Assembly (NCBI GenBank): GCA_002633005.1
Contig: NMRA01000551.1
Location: 78,809 to 142,808 of the forward strand
DNA from: Phoronis australis
Lineage: Eukaryota > Animalia > Phoronida
Length of the DNA: 64,000 nt
Direction of reading: 5' to 3'
Part shown: positions 1 to 10,700 of the stretch, piece after piece
How positions within the stretch are numbered: the first letter of the stretch is position 1
How the letters are laid out: each line of letters begins with the position of its first letter
Position numbers and translations under genes: made by a program
Notes under the pieces: generated by a model
The model's database searches: none
What the model saw: the letters and a program-made list of their open reading frames with translations, nothing else
What the model was told of the DNA's origin: nothing

Positions 1-255
1 GATATCATGAGACTGCTTATAGTTTACACGTATTCTAGGGTTACCTTTCTGGCGATATCATGAGACTGCTTATAGTTTACACGTATTCTAGGGTTACCTT
101 TCTGGTGATATCATGAGACTGCTTATAGTTTACACGTATTCTAGGGTTACCTTTCTGGTGATATCATGAGACTGCTTATAGTTTACACGTATTCTAGGGT
201 TACCTTTCTGGTGATATCATGAGTGATATGAGACTGTGCTAATAGTTTACAGCCG
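1..255. repeat. 53-bp tandem minisatellite (4 full copies + degenerate partial), intronic in RAD23, runs off window start
   Basis: Unit GATATCATGAGACTGCTTATAGTTTACACGTATTCTAGGGTTACCTTTCTGGY starts at 1, 54, 107, 160. Confidence 0.95.
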
Positions 256-484
256 TCATGACACTTCATTTTCAGCCGGAATTAAGTGGAAAAATCTGCA
301 AGCAGAATTGCTCGTCGTGACCAGGAAATAGGATTTTGTCTGTTTTCTTTTGGTGTGTATTTTAGATTGGTTATGTGAGATTCCAGTAAAAAGGAGGTGA
401 AAATAGCATTTGAGTGGCAGTTGGTGGTAGCAGTAGTTAATACATGGCACTAGCAATGAACTGTGAATGTCCTAGTCTCTACTC

Positions 485-568
485 ACTGTTGAGATCGGAG
501 ACGTTTGTGTCTGTATTAAAACTGTTGAGAGAGATCGGAGACGTTTGTGTCTGTATTCAAACTGTTGT
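485..568. repeat. ~40-bp tandem duplication
   Basis: ACTGTTG..AGATCGGAGACGTTTGTGTCTGTATT occurs twice in tandem. Confidence 0.8.
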
Positions 569-1056
569 GTGCACCAGGTATTGAATTATTTGCACGGTCA
601 CTTGGTTATTCATTCTTGGCACTTTGCGCTTTTTGTGCACTTTCATCATCTTTTTGTCCTCGAGAATGAACAAACGTTGGAAGATCAGTACATCCATGAT
701 GACTCTATACTGTTGTTTATGTTTGTGACTGTCGGTTTGTGAATTACGCCCCATTCACCAAGTTTTGTGCCATCTACTTCAGTGTAGCGAACTGAAAGGT
801 TGTACACATTGCTTCAAGTCTTAATTTTCACTTGTACACGTTTGAATGAAGGACTGTTACTAAAGAATACATACACATGCACGCGAACTCATATATTTGT
901 GTATGCACACATTCACACACATGTGCGCTCATACACGCACACATACTCTTGCATCTATTTGTGTTCTGTTTTCACATCTGTTTCACAAACTATCCATTCT
1001 GTAAGGATGTGCACTGTGTTAGCGGTTAGTTTAATGTTTGAGACGGGTATCTTCAG

Positions 1057-1221
1057 CTCATACGGAACAACCAGGAGCGCTTCATTCATCTGCTCAATCA
1101 GCCGGTCGAGACGTCAGCTGGTGGAGGTCAAGCGCCAGAGGTGGAAGGTCAAGCCGGGGGTCAAGGGCAGGGTGTATCCTACATACAGGTCACTCCTGAG
1201 GAAAAACTTGCCATAGAAAGG
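1057..1221 (+). CDS. RAD23: RAD23 UV excision repair protein, penultimate coding exon (end of XPC-binding/STI1 domain, linker, start of UBA2)
   Basis: cag|CTC...AGG|gtaagt, 165 nt, phase 0/0; translates LIRNNQERFIHLLNQPVETSAGGGQAPEVEGQAGGQGQGVSYIQVTPEEKLAIER, matching the RAD23 YIQVTPxEKxAIER motif. Confidence 0.95.
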
Positions 1222-2069
1222 GTAAGTTGTGTGGTGGGGGTATCAGTCATTAAAAGTTTGGTTTTGTACAGCGGTGACATGGTGGACCTAATGCCTTAGG
1301 ATGACACTGTTGCTGTGAGTAGACAATTTTTCTCTGTTCTCTCCAGTGTTCTTTTTTCACAAATGCAATACTTTCTTATAAGCTCTCACATACTGCTGTT
1401 GTGTTCTTGCAAACAAATTTCTTTTCTTATGAACCATGCTTCTCGCTGTCAGGATGAACGGGATTGATGGTGATGGGGGGAGGGTTCTTCCCTTACCCGA
1501 AAAAATTCCCATTTCAGAAGGCACAGGCACCGTTACCCCGAGATGAGTGAGGGCTCTGGATAGGAACATTGGGATGTTTGTACTGTGCTATTACACATGG
1601 ACAAGACACTGGTGTCCAGGACGGGAACCTTTACCTAATCTCACTTGTTACGTCTGGTTGTACCTTTTTCAGTCAGTTAGTTTTGAATGCGATTTGTTAA
1701 CGTCTCGAACTCAGCACAAGCCTCTGTAGTTTAGTAGTGAAGGCATATGTTTGTCACTGCCGTGGCTCTAGTTTGTGTTGGCCTTGTCAAAATATACAGT
1801 TTGGATTGCTATATTGGCAACTGTACCTGCAGTGCCTCAGGATTTTTCTTAAGTATTTGCACATTACCAGAAATCATTTTCGAAATATATCCAGGTTCTC
1901 ATGCACTCCCTTGCATACATTCTCTAGTAAGACCGAGCTCAGAGGAGTAGGAGACAGTTTTGTGCAATGCTCAGTTGCCTGTCAGTAAAGCCAGGATTTG
2001 AAGCGCCGGGTCTCCCAAACGGGAGTGCGGAGTTAAAAAAACTGAGTTACACTGTCACCTCTGGATGGA

Positions 2070-2545
2070 GATGTAACACACTGTCTCCTCTGTATGAGGA
2101 TGTAAAACACACCTGCTTTAGCTCACAGAGATGTAACACACTGTCTCCTCTGTATGAGGATGTAACACACAGCTGCTGTAGCTCACAGAGATGTAACACA
2201 CTGTCTCCTCTGTATGAGGATGTAAAACACAGCTGCTGTAGCTCACAGAGATGTAACACACTGTCTCCTCTGTATGAGGATGTAACACACAGCTGCTGTA
2301 GCTCACAGAGATGTAACACACTGTCTCCTCTGTATGAGGATGTAACACACAGCTGCTGTAGCTCACAGAGATGTAACACACTGTCTCCTCTGTATGAGGA
2401 TGTAACACACTGTCTCCTCTGTATGAGGATGTAACACACTGTCTCCTCTGTATGAGGATGTAACACACTGTCTCCTCTGTATGAGGATGTAACACACTGT
2501 CTCCTCTGTATGAGGATGTAACACACAGCTGCTGTAGCTCACAGA
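2070..2545. repeat. Composite minisatellite (AB)5-A5-B; A = 29 bp, B = 31 bp, in last RAD23 intron
   Basis: A=GATGTAACACACTGTCTCCTCTGTATGAG, B=GATGTAACACACAGCTGCTGTAGCTCACAGA; near-perfect copies. Confidence 0.95.
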
Positions 2546-2765
2546 TTGTGATAAACTGTAGCTAACTAGGTAATGCCATAATTAAAAAAAACAGAAAACA
2601 GATATTGCTGGTGGCCGAAATGGAGACACCTGCACGCTGTGTTCATCTGCACATTTCGGAATTGTCGGATTGGTTGTTGCGATAACGTTACGCTAGTCTT
2701 CCAATTAACAGTCCTGCGTGGTACGAGAAAGGTGGTGTTTCAACCATTTTGTTTCCCCATTTCAG

Positions 2766-2873
2766 TTAAAGGCGTTGGGTTTCCCTGAGAACCAGGTGAT
2801 TCAAGCTTATTTTGCGTGTGAGAAGAATGAAAACTTAGCAGCCAATCTGCTCCTGCAGGGCCTAGACGACTGA
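2766..2873 (+). CDS. RAD23: RAD23 last coding exon (UBA2 domain, stop)
   Basis: ttcag|TTA...TGA; [35 protein letters not shown], the canonical RAD23 C-terminal UBA; in frame with the 1057-1221 exon. Confidence 0.97.
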   Translation, partial: LKALGFPENQVIQAYFACEKNENLAANLLLQGLDD

Positions 2874-4379
2874 GACTGATGGTGTATTATACAGACACTC
2901 ATTATAACATTATTGAGACTCTACCACTCTCACTACAACTATGGGTCACTGTTGATCTATTCTCATTTGATGCAAATTTTATTAAAAGAACTTGGAACAG
3001 TCGCTTTGGTCTTTGACAGCAACTTGAAGTAAGAAGGTTTTGGTTAGTATGAACCAATTGAAAAGTAGTTTAATATTACATAATATGAGGCCGGGTTGTT
3101 GTGATAATCAAAACAGCATGAATCGGGCCCCTTTGTTTGTTGTATATTTACTTTATTGTAGTCTATTGTTTATATTAAGTTTTGCAAACTGCAATTATCT
3201 CTGTAGTCTGGTAGAAACACCTTTGGAACATCTTTAGTATGCCAGCCATTATCATGGCTGGTTGGTTAAACCACCAGTTTAAAGATAAGGGCTTTGCAGG
3301 TGTTTTATACTGAGCTGTCTGTTCTGGATTTACCTGCAAGTCCATTATACAGTATAATTATGGAAACTTATGACGTTTTCTGCATTCATGTTTTGATTGG
3401 CCTACCTGTGCATTATGCAGTGTCAACCTTGGTACTGCATCGCTTCAGCTGTATTGTTTACTAAAACGTGACGCACTCGTGCAAATCATTTAACTTCAGA
3501 ATCGTGAGCTTGAGCTGAAATGCTTTTGGCATTTTGTCACAAGCCATAATCTTAGGTGCTTCATTTGATAATGTCCTTGTGCAGTTTTCCCCGTGAATAA
3601 AAACACAAGTGTATGTCAACTGTGTTTGACTTGATGACACTGCTGGTTGCCCGAGTATTTCCTGCATTTGTTCTGTTAGCCTACTGAATAGACAGCATTC
3701 AACTGTCAATCTTTTGCATTGCTTTTATTGTCTGAACTACATGGACAAGTTTTATTTCGTCTTTTTAAATTAGATAAAAGTATTCAATCGGCTCATTCGT
3801 ACAGGAAATAAAATAGTATCTTTGTGTATTGAGACATGTTTGGAATACTATTTCTTAGCTTTTGTGCAGAGTTCACATACCATCAACTAAGTCATGGTTC
3901 CAACATGACCACAGGACTAAAGATATGCAACATTCAAGTATTGAGGAGACTTGCATGGGCACAAATTGAACATCCCATTTCAAACTTTTACTTGTGTAAG
4001 CATATTTGTATGTAACTACATTGTACAGATTCACAAAGTGCTATCGGGAAGAGCTTTAAACTTTGAAAAGATGCACCTTTGTAGCAAAAACGCACTCTTA
4101 TTTTATTTGAACACTGCTTGTGCAGGTGCGCAGTCCTCCCATTAAAAAAAAAAGAGTGCAAGTGTTCTGGTGGCTTTACTCAGCATCACATTGTGCTGGG
4201 TAGGCTCCGTTACTACAAGACACACCCCAAACCTAAGTCTGCAGGGTTGTTTCTTGGGCCCTCTAAGTTATAATCAGTTTGGGGACCCAGTAATTAGAGC
4301 AGCCCTCATCACAATATTTCGTCCACCCCCCTTGGAGAAGCCAACTTACAATTGGTTCATGTGGCTATATCGCCAGGGC

Positions 4380-4495
4380 CTTATGTGATGCGTGAGTCAT
4401 AAGTAGTAACTTGGTTTCTTATGTGATGCGTGACTCATAAGTAGTAACTTGGTTACTTATGTGATGTGTGACTCATAAGTAGTAACTTGGTTACT
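4380..4495. repeat. 38-bp tandem repeat x3
   Basis: CTTATGTGATGYGTGASTCATAAGTAGTAACTTGGTTW three times. Confidence 0.9.
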
Positions 4496-4652
4496 GCATT
4501 TCACTGTTTAACTGACTAAATAACCAAAATAGAATTGGGCGGTTTATTCGGACTCATAAATTGGTCTCATAATGTTACTCAATGTGATAGGATTTTGGAT
4601 TGTGTCAGTAACTGGAATTTCAGGCAAGCCATGTGTGTACTATTTTGAAATT

Positions 4653-4684
4653 GTTATATCAGGGTTGACCAACCCTGATATAAC
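4653..4684. repeat. Perfect 15-bp-arm palindrome with 2-nt spacer
   Basis: GTTATATCAGGGTTG-AC-CAACCCTGATATAAC. Confidence 0.9.
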
Positions 4685-7614
4685 CCTAAGCATTCCCTTG
4701 AGTTACAGGTGGTAGTTTCCATGTTCTTGTTAGTAACAGAAATGGAATCTTATGATGGAAGAAATACTATCACACCGATTGCATGGGAGTGAAAGGTCCC
4801 AACTCAATTTTCATTTTTAGCCAGCTTAATCCGACCCTACTGAAACACCCCAGAACGTTGCTATCGGTCACCAGGCTCTGTGAGTTTAAACATGCCACTA
4901 TCCATAAGTAATAACATTGACTTTTCCATTTGTTGCTTGGAGTCATGTTTTATTCTTCAAAAACCAGGGAAGATAATTTGTGAATGTTAATAGACCAAAC
5001 AAACCAATTCCTGCCAGTATTTATTGCCTTGTGACATGTACCTCAGACAGGGTACCATGGCTTGAACAGCCCAACTGAAGCTGGGTTCAATACACTACTT
5101 TACAAGCACCACATTTGTATACAGCATGTCTGTATACCACTGAAAACACTTGAACTCGAACAGTTAATACACCAATTTGGTAAATCTAGGCTAAGGATCA
5201 AATGATTAAAATAATTGTTCTGTTAATGTTTATATTAATACTTAGCCAGATTTCAACAGGTGGCACTAACCACTATATACTCGCCTTTTGTCAAAGAAAG
5301 GTCTCGAGTGGTTCCTTAATCAAACAAGAAGTGATATCTGGGCTTGGTAACTACTGACTGTTCTATGTTTTTAGCCTAAAATGCCCTATGATGTTTAAAA
5401 CTTTTAATGTGCATTTCTGAATAAAAATTAAACAGTTTTTCAAAGTAAGAGAGTGTTATTTTTTAAATTCATTTGGCATTGTTTTAGGAGCTGCGTGAAT
5501 GAACCCTTACGTTTGAACTAGAATTAACCTGACCCAACTTGAGCAATAATTTGTCTTGTTCACATAACTGACAGAGACAGACTCACAATTCTACACTGTT
5601 AACATGATTTTACTGGGTCATGGGTTTCTACGATTCTATAGTTCACATCAAAATCATGACGCAAGTTTGTTTATGGTAACACTTGTGAGATTGTCTAAAT
5701 GATGGTTAAATACAAGGAACATATCAAGTTAATATATATTATACACTTTAACAATACAATGTGAATCTACACCTAATTAATGACTTCATTAATTATACAA
5801 TGGGTATAAAAGTACAAAAGTGCCAGTATTCCAATGAGATAATTTTAGTGAACAGTACGAGACCATTTCTCGAGAGAACTAGTTGATACAAGCTTGACTT
5901 ACTTAACATATAGTCTGCAACATACACTTGCTCTTGATGTTCACTTAAACCCAAGTCTGGGTTTGCAAACAACTGACAGTTGGATATTTGCCGAGACCAT
6001 TTTGGCGCATAAAACAGCACACCATGACGGCCAACTAGTAGATCCAGGCTTCGAGAAATAACCAATTGTCAATCCTTTTGAAGCACTGAGGTATCCTTTA
6101 AATTTACTAAAGAACTAGGAGATCAATCTCATAGCAGTGTTCTAAATTAAAAGTTGGTTTTGCAACAGAGGGCAGGCATGTGGCCACTTTAAATTGAGAA
6201 CTGCTGAAACAAGCTTGTATTAACCGCATGGTTGAGGTGTTTTTGAAGGTATTCAGATGATAGGAACACTAACTTGAAGCAGAAGACAATTGGTGGAAGA
6301 TACTACCATTTAGCATGGTTATAACTGAAAGTTTTACTTCAGCACGACGAAGTTGTAGGTAATGCAGTTCTTAACTTATTTTACCAACTTTCTGACTACA
6401 TACAATGTTGATTGGAGCCTCAAAGGCTGGGAAAAAAGATGTCACCAAGGAATAAGGGTGATTCACGGACTGTCTCTGTTACTTGGCCAAATGGTTCATT
6501 TTATTCCTAATTGTCAGCCTTAATAAAAGTTTGATGCACAAAATCACGTTTTGCACCAAATTCCTAATTCTCTAGCACACTTCGTCTTGGAACACTATAC
6601 TCTGAGGCTTCCATGAACTCTTTAAACCAAACACAGTATAGGTTTTCTTGTAGTTCATGTCATTGTCAAATCCTAGGCTTGAGAGGAAATCACTAAAAAC
6701 AATGAAATAAAACCAAATCCAGATGTTTGGGACTGCATTCACCACCAGGTGGTGCTCTGGTCTGGATCTTCATCCACACTGGTTAGAACATTTACAAATT
6801 CATTTATAAAACATTAAAAAGCAGAAAAAATAAATTACTTTTTAATCAACAAATGGTAAAATTCAGAGATCATTTCCAGGCCTCCAATAGTGTGTCAAAC
6901 AAGTTTACGAATCAAAAATTTTGTTAACTTAATCACTAAGGCAATCATAATTATGATTTCATTTTAATGACATTCAACACATGAAAGAAAAAGATGACTC
7001 GCACAAACCAGCACAACACCTGAGAACAATTCAGACATTCATACAATTCCGGACATTTCATTGACTGCAAATCTTTCTCATTAAGTAGTGCTGTTGTTTT
7101 TGAAATATATTGTGGGATGGTAAACATCTGGTGACATCACAGATAACTTGGTAAGGTTTAAACAATGGGGCAGAAAACAAAACTAGATTCTTGAGTGCAC
7201 ATGAATTGAAAGCACAGTGTGCCGCAACATGCTGTATCTGTATGACTAAAAATTGAAATGAAATGAAAGTGAGCCTCAAAATACGTTGAATTAGTATGTA
7301 GATTAGCACTATAGATACTTGAGGAACACACCATCATCACATAAAGAACTACCAATTGTGATGTCACCAAATGTTTTACTAGTTTACAAAAAGACAGCAG
7401 TGCCACCAATTGACGGAGATTTGCACTTGGTGAAATACTTTGAATTATGTACATATGTACACATAAAACAGATGCTTTAATTCTAGAAACTTGTGCTACA
7501 ACTTCGGTGTGCAAATTGTCCATGATTCTCTGACCATGCGTAACATATGTTGAGCATTTTTGTGTGACCAGACCGTCGTGAGTATTCTGAAGACAACAGT
7601 CGCCATAGCAACTC

Positions 7615-7707
7615 TCAGCACTGTGAACAACACTCTCCAGGTTTCTTGATTGGGCTTTTACAGGTCGGTGTTTGACAGGAAATGGTATCACATGATATGA
7701 AGCCCTT
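7615..7707 (-). CDS. PXDN: Peroxidasin last coding exon (second half of VWC, stop)
   Basis: tttacag|[33 protein letters not shown]. Confidence 0.92.
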   Translation of the reverse strand, partial: KGFISCDTISCQTPTCKSPIKKPGECCSQC

Positions 7708-10700
7708 CTGTAAAAAGCATAACATCACAAAGCCTCGTCCAGATCAAAAAGAAACAAATGTCTTGTAAATCAAAATGATGTCACATTATGTAGCCCTCTT
7801 GTAATACCAACATTATATCACAATATGTAGCCTGCTTGTGAATATCAAAAATTGCATCCCATATATACTAGTTCTAATAATATCACAGCTGCAGTGCTTG
7901 ACGTGTAAATTTAATTGAAAGTAGTATTGATGTGGATCAAAAAGCAATAAAGCTGTCATTGTTCCGCTACATTGACTAACTTATAAAACATTTGATATCA
8001 TTTTTAGTTCAAATAACAAATTACTTAATTTCAAAATTGTTCATTTCGCATTGAATTTTTATTACCTTGGTGTTCTGTACTAGCACTTGACATGAAATTT
8101 CACAATGTCATACTAAGCATGGGCAAAGCAAAATGTAGACGTTAGATGTCACTTATTAATTAAGACAGCAATTTTGAATTAATTGCAGAAGAATCTTCTT
8201 GTCTTACATTGTTGGTGTGCACAATTGTAGTAGGCCATGGTGTTGCTCAGGCAGGTTACACAATAGAGGTCAGGCCATATCAACAATGGAGCATCAGTTG
8301 AGTAGCCCACTGTCATGCTCAGGCAGGTTACACAATACAGGTTGGGACATACCAACAAACGGCAGTTGCAATATGCATTATTTCTCTTTTCTCATGATGG
8401 ACCAGGTCCAGGTGGATATTTACCACCATTTGATCATCCAAGGAAGGTACACATTTGAACACAAAGGCCCAATGAATAATGTGGTCCCCTGAGCTGACTA
8501 GTCATGCCTGTAATCCCAAATGATACCCCAATTTTTCCTAAACTATGAGCCAGTTGGACATAAAGCTGCATTACAAAGGGCACACTTGACATGGAGAAGC
8601 TAACGCAGAACACATGATCAGGCAAAGGTGTAAACACGACTGACACGGAGCTGACACCGCGGCAGCCATTTCTGACAACGGTTTGAGAGTAAAAGTAAGT
8701 TGCACGGAATTAGTTGTTCCAGTTTCAATTACACGTCTAAACACAAGTTGGGTCAATTAAGGCAGAAGGGATCATATCTGTTGCGCTTGTGCGAGACCTT
8801 ATGTATGGGTGATATGCTGGCAGTCCACGTGGTATGGATGTTCACTATTGTTTATACAAGCATGCAGATACTCTTCGTGTAAGAGACTACTGCTGATCCA
8901 GTGCACGATATAATGCCATGTAAATGTCACTGAAGTGGAGCAACTCACAGCATGACATCTCGCACAATTGTTCCTCGGGTAAAACGGTTTAAGACTCAAG
9001 ACCTGGGGAGTTTTATGACTGCCTTCTTAAATGGTGCTACAACACCAGAGCCACCATGTTGTTGGTTAACCGATTTTTGCTGTTCAAACAACAAAAAGTT
9101 CAATTTTCAATGATAAATTTAGTTTTTAGAGTCTGTGGTGTCTGAAATGGTCGGGAAAGAATGTCGTCACTAAGAGGTAGGGTAATCAAAGATAGAGGTA
9201 GGGTAATCAAAGATAGAGGTAGGGTAATCAAAGATAGAGGTAGGGTAATCAAAGATAGAGGTAGGGTAATCAAAGATAGAGGTAGGGTAATCAAAGATAG
9301 AGGTAGGGTAATCAAAGATAGAGGTAGGGTAATCAAAGATAGCCACTGGAAAAAAATAAATCAGTGACACCTACATTTTTCGTAGATTTGTGGTAGGCAA
9401 AGACCAAAATTCAAAATGCATTGTGAAAATTTTAAAAAATCAAAGATGAATTAAAACTGTACTGAACCCCCACAATTAGTGCAAGCTACCTCACTTGAGT
9501 TGCAAGTAGGTAGCTCATCACAAAATGTATGTCAAATCTGCAGACCACATAACAACACCAACCTTCCTTAGTTTACTTTTCATAAAGCATCTTTTTTCAA
9601 CCAATGATTATGATTTCACTTCAACACTCACCTGACAAACACAAGTTTTGCATTCGCTAACCTTCCATTCATCTCCAGTCTTGCGTTTGCGCCCCCTATC
9701 ATCCAGGCAAGAATGCTTTTCAAGCAACTGCCGAGACAACTTTCTGACCTACAAATGTTGAATCAAGAGAACAATAAGCTATCTCCATTAAACGTTTTAA
9801 CCCATACAAAAAGTTGGTGAATGTTTTACCGTCGAAACATGCCGCTACATTTAGAAAAGTTGTTGTCTTTATTCAAAATGCCAGTAATTAAAGCACATGA
9901 CCATGCTTTTAGTTTACAAATGTGGATTCAGCATAGTTGTCTGAACTTTTCACTTTAATTAGATCTGCTGAGATATGATATTACATAGTTACATTAAGAG
10001 ATACTTTAGGGTTATAAATAAAGTTGTTTTTATGACATTTTAATCCAAATGAATCAGAAATATTGTCGTCAAGCACAAAAATTAACAACATGTACGCTTA
10101 CAATGACTCACATTTTTCTTTAAAACTCGAACAGTCCTTTGCAGTTTGCCCATAATTTTCTCAATGCCCTCTATCCTTGCATCCATTATGTCCATTACAA
10201 CTTGCGAGTCTTTCTCTTCAACGGGCTCTGAGCTCACAACATTTTGCTCTTCGCCTATGTAATTCAGAGTTTCGTTGAAAACGGAATAGCTTGAGACTGG
10301 ACGATCAGCACTGAAACTGTACTCTGCAGAGCGACGCCCGCGGAAGTGCCGTGTGATGGAGTGGAAATTGCCAGCCTGCGTACAATCTGTAAAATAGGAC
10401 AATGTCTTCTGACCATGTGCTTCAAAAATGAAAAGTGATCCCAGACTGGATTACTCAGATGTAGTTTAAAATCTACTTTAGTTTAGTTAACTAGCTTTCA
10501 CGGTGGCTTAAAGCAAACATTTGCATTGTCGTGGAGCAAATAAAACAGCGTAACAATTTTAACTAACTTCCAACTTTCAAGTTGCTACTGTTCCCAATGA
10601 CATGGACAAACCAAGAAGTGTGGAATAGCTTTATTATTAACTGGCTATACCAACTTCTGATATTATGAAGTAGCGTGACACCTACATCTGGCAGAGGTAT

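Noticed and set aside
800-1216. 138-aa ORF
   Set aside because: Out-of-frame overlap with the RAD23 exon plus CA-rich intron sequence
1967-2526. Long Cys-rich ORFs on both strands, and a CRISPR-like look
   Set aside because: They are translations of a minisatellite inside a RAD23 intron; the spacers are identical repeats, there are no cas genes, and the context is eukaryotic
7560-7617. Stop-codon readthrough or selenocysteine at the PXDN TGA
   Set aside because: The TGA follows the terminal VWC CCxxC as expected, the context is TGA-G, and no SECIS was recognised
7158-7691. 177-aa minus-strand ORF overlapping the last PXDN exon
   Set aside because: Alternative frame running into the 3' UTR, no recognisable domain; the VWC frame ends properly at TGA 7615
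9100-9370. Repetitive ORFs (RGRVIKD)n / (LITLPLS)n
   Set aside because: Artefacts of a stop-free 21-bp repeat
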